Shown: positions 49,840-52,652 of the stretch, in pieces | How positions within the stretch are numbered: the first letter of the stretch is position 1 | Layout of the letters: the number at the start of each line of letters is the position of its first letter | NCBI GenBank assembly: GCA_049999805.1 | Contig: JBNGIO010005956.1 | Coordinates: 76,614 to 129,265 of the forward strand | Length of the DNA: 52,652 nt | DNA from: Folioceros fuciformis | Taxonomy: Eukaryota | Direction of reading: 5' to 3' | The notes under the pieces: generated by a model | Told to the model about the DNA's origin: nothing | Seen by the model: only the letters and a program-made list of their open reading frames with translations | The model's database searches: none | Made by a program: the position numbers and the translations under genes

Positions 49840-52560
49840 CTACCAAATAAGTGATTTGTCTAGTGTCATGTATCTACTACAATCCACCAAACCAAGCCCT
49901 TCTCTGTGAAAATAGTGTTTGAACTTAGGCAAGGACTTGGTCAGGACATCTGCTGTGTTGTCGTCGGTAGGTATATATTGAACCTTGACGATACCTCTCT
50001 CAGCAGCATCCCTAATATCATGATGTTGGATTTCTATATGCTTGGTGCGTGCATGGAAGACGGGGTTAGCTACCAAAGCAATTGCTGACATGTTGTCATA
50101 ATGCAAGACTGTTGGCCCTTCTTGCTTCATACCCAAATCTTCACAAAGCTTCCTTTCCCACTCAGCCTCCTTAGTGGCTTCGGTGAGTGCCTTGTACTCA
50201 GACTTTGTGGAAGACAGGGAGATGGCTGCTTGTTTTCTACATGACCAATTAACTACAGAGAAGTTGGCCAGAAAACAATAAGCTGATATACTTTTTCGAG
50301 TGTCTGCATCGGAAGCCCAATCTGCATCTACATAACAAGTTAGTTGCATATGCTTCTTCCCGCTTGGCATATAGCAAAGGCGATAATTAGGTGTACCCTT
50401 AAGGTACCTCATAATGCACTTGATAGCAACCCAATGATCCTTTCCTGGGTTTTCAAAGAACTGGGCAACAACGTTGACTGTGTTGGATATATCGGGTCTT
50501 GTCTGATTACTCAAGAACATGAGGGTGCCAACTGCCATGCGATAAGGAATATTTTCCATATCCTTCTTGTCTTGCTTCAGATTGGGGACATGAGGCAGAT
50601 GAGAGCTTAACTGCAAACGCTCTTGGGGTGGTTGACGCCCTAGCATTCTCCATGTTGAAGCGTTTGAGCATACCGGCTACATATCTACCTTGGTGAAGAT
50701 AGATAGTACCTGTGGTATCCCTATGTACATGCATGCCAAGGATATACTTAACCTTTCCCAGGTCCTTCATCTCGAATTCCCTGCTGAGGTCAGCTTTTAT
50801 CTTGTTGACCAGTTCAATGTTATTGCCTGGAATGACTAAGTCATCCACGTAGAGTGCAACTAGAACAAGTGAGCTATCCTTGCGTAGCACATAAATATTA
50901 GTATCTGCTTCACTTTGAACAAAACCTATTTTCTTAAGATATGAATCCATTCTCTCATACCACAATCGTGGGCTTTGCTTAAGGCCATAAATTGAGCGAT
51001 TAAGTTTACAAACCTTTTGTGGACAAGCCTTATCTTCGTAATCCTCATGTTGATCCATGTAGATCTCTTCCTTAAGATGACCATAGAGAAAGGCTGTACA
51101 CACATCAAGCTGATAGATTTCCAAGTTTAGTTCAACACATAAAGCAAGGAGCATTCTAACTGATGCAGCCTTGATGACAGGTGAGTAGACCTTATCGCCT
51201 CAATAATCCACTCCCTCTTTTTTACTATATCCCTTAGCTACTAATCTCGCCTTGTAGCGAATTCGTGGCTCTACTTCCTGGAACTTAGTTTTAAGAACCC
51301 ATTTGCACTTGACAGTGGTCCTACCCTTAGGCAGACTAACCAAAGTCCAAGTGTTGTTTTTAATGAGTTGTACTCATCATCAATAGCTAGCTTCCATTTG
51401 GCTGCCTCAGGTCTCGAGTAAGCCTCTTGTAAGGTTAAAGGATCTCCCTCTGCAGCAGTATCACTTAAGGCATAGAGAGCATCCAAAGAATTAACATAGG
51501 TTAAGCTAGCTTGATTAAACTCAATATCAAATGGTTGTTCCTTCCAGAGATGCCTAGGCTGGCGCACATGAGTAGGATATCTACGCTCAGGAACAGCCGA
51601 GGGCCTAGGTGGGGATGGACGAGTGACAAGTGCTTGAGGAATATCATGGGGCACCACGAGCTCAAAAACAACAGGTTCAACATCAATTAGTTCCGTACGT
51701 GGGTCCTCAGATACTACCTCGTGGTCTATTTCCAGGTCCCCCTCTCGAGCAGGAACAGGTGACGCAGGAGCGGGCTGTACTTGGGGAGCAGAACCAGCAA
51801 CTGGCGGCACCAGAACTGCTTGAGGGATAGGAGCCACAGGAGAAGGAGGAACACCAACAATCGGAAAAGTAAAGGGCTGAACAAAGTGATCAATAGAAGT
51901 ATCACCAGAAGAGCGAGGGAGTGCTCAAGCCAAAGGAAGCATCATCTTGCACGTCAAGAGGAGGCTCAAATGACGTCGCAAGAGCAGGCACTATCTTAGC
52001 TTCATCAAAGGTGACAATGCGGGCATAGATAGGAATCCGAGAATCCAAGTCCACGAGCTTGTAGGCTTTGCGGTCATCGCCATAACCGACAAACACCAAC
52101 TTGCGAGCACAAGCATCAAGCTTGTCGCGAAGCTGTGATGGGACAAGAACATAGGCAGGGCAACCAAAAACAGGAAGATGTGAAATTAAAGGCTTGCTCT
52201 CATGCCAACACTCATAAGGAGTATGGCTAGAAACCGACTTGGTGAGGACTCTGTTCTTAATATACATTGCAGTAGACACAGCCTCAGGCCAAAAGGACTT
52301 GGGCAGCTGGGACTGTGCTAGCATGGCATGAGCCATGGACATCAAATCGCCATTGGCCTTCTCAGCAACGCTGTTCCGCTCAGAAGTGTAGGGCACTGTA
52401 AATTGACGCAAGACACCACGCTACTCGCAGAAGTCGCAAAACTAATGGTTGTTTAGTTCTCCTGCATTGTCGAAGCGAATACACCGAAGTTTACGGCCAG
52501 TCTATAACTCAGCCATAGTAACAAAGGGTGAGAACACATTAAATGAGTCACTCTTAAGAC
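49840..52560 (-). mobile_element. Degenerate Ty1/copia pol (integrase - RT - RNase H)
   Basis: Integrase: IRFDNAGE, PYTSERNSVAE, FWPEAV. RT: YKARLVAKG, QLDVCTAFLYG, LYVDDL. RNase H: YVDADWA, RTKHIEIQHH. Copia domain order, with frameshifts. Confidence 0.93.
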
Positions 52561-52652
52561 TGTTAAGACTGAAAAGTCTGTAACCACGCCACTAGGGTTA
52601 CTCTTATTAGGGTTAGTTTATTATATATATTAAATATAATTAACCCTAGATA

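Overview
Eukaryotic land-plant nuclear DNA, most likely a hornwort: compact GC-rich genes with short GT-AG introns, plus a PLS-PPR protein with an LL motif and a GRP-type DYW:KP domain. Seven apparently intact host genes: MAKR/BKI1-like (-), a 12-exon subtilase (-), an intronless PDF-motif + PLS-PPR-E1E2-DYW:KP candidate U-to-C RNA editing factor (-), an 8-exon CDPK (+), an 11-exon ATG27/M6PR-like membrane protein (-), a CRP1-like P-class PPR (-) and ABA4 (-). They sit among decayed transposable elements: an L1-type LINE, four 5'-truncated CRE-like non-LTR fragments, a Ty3 relic and two Ty1/copia elements. One copia element (39604-48058, 5-bp TSD AGGAG) splits a BTB/BACK-SPRY pseudogene. It carries a nested two-gene Sola-like/DUF7869 DNA transposon with a fold-back intron, the 5' end of a second LTR element, and a 49-bp TATA-containing tandem array in one LTR. 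Most notable: the fusion of an OSB-type PDF ssDNA-binding motif to a catalytically intact DYW:KP(GRP) editing factor, and the nested transposon complex. All family assignments come from recognising motifs by eye; no database searches were run.
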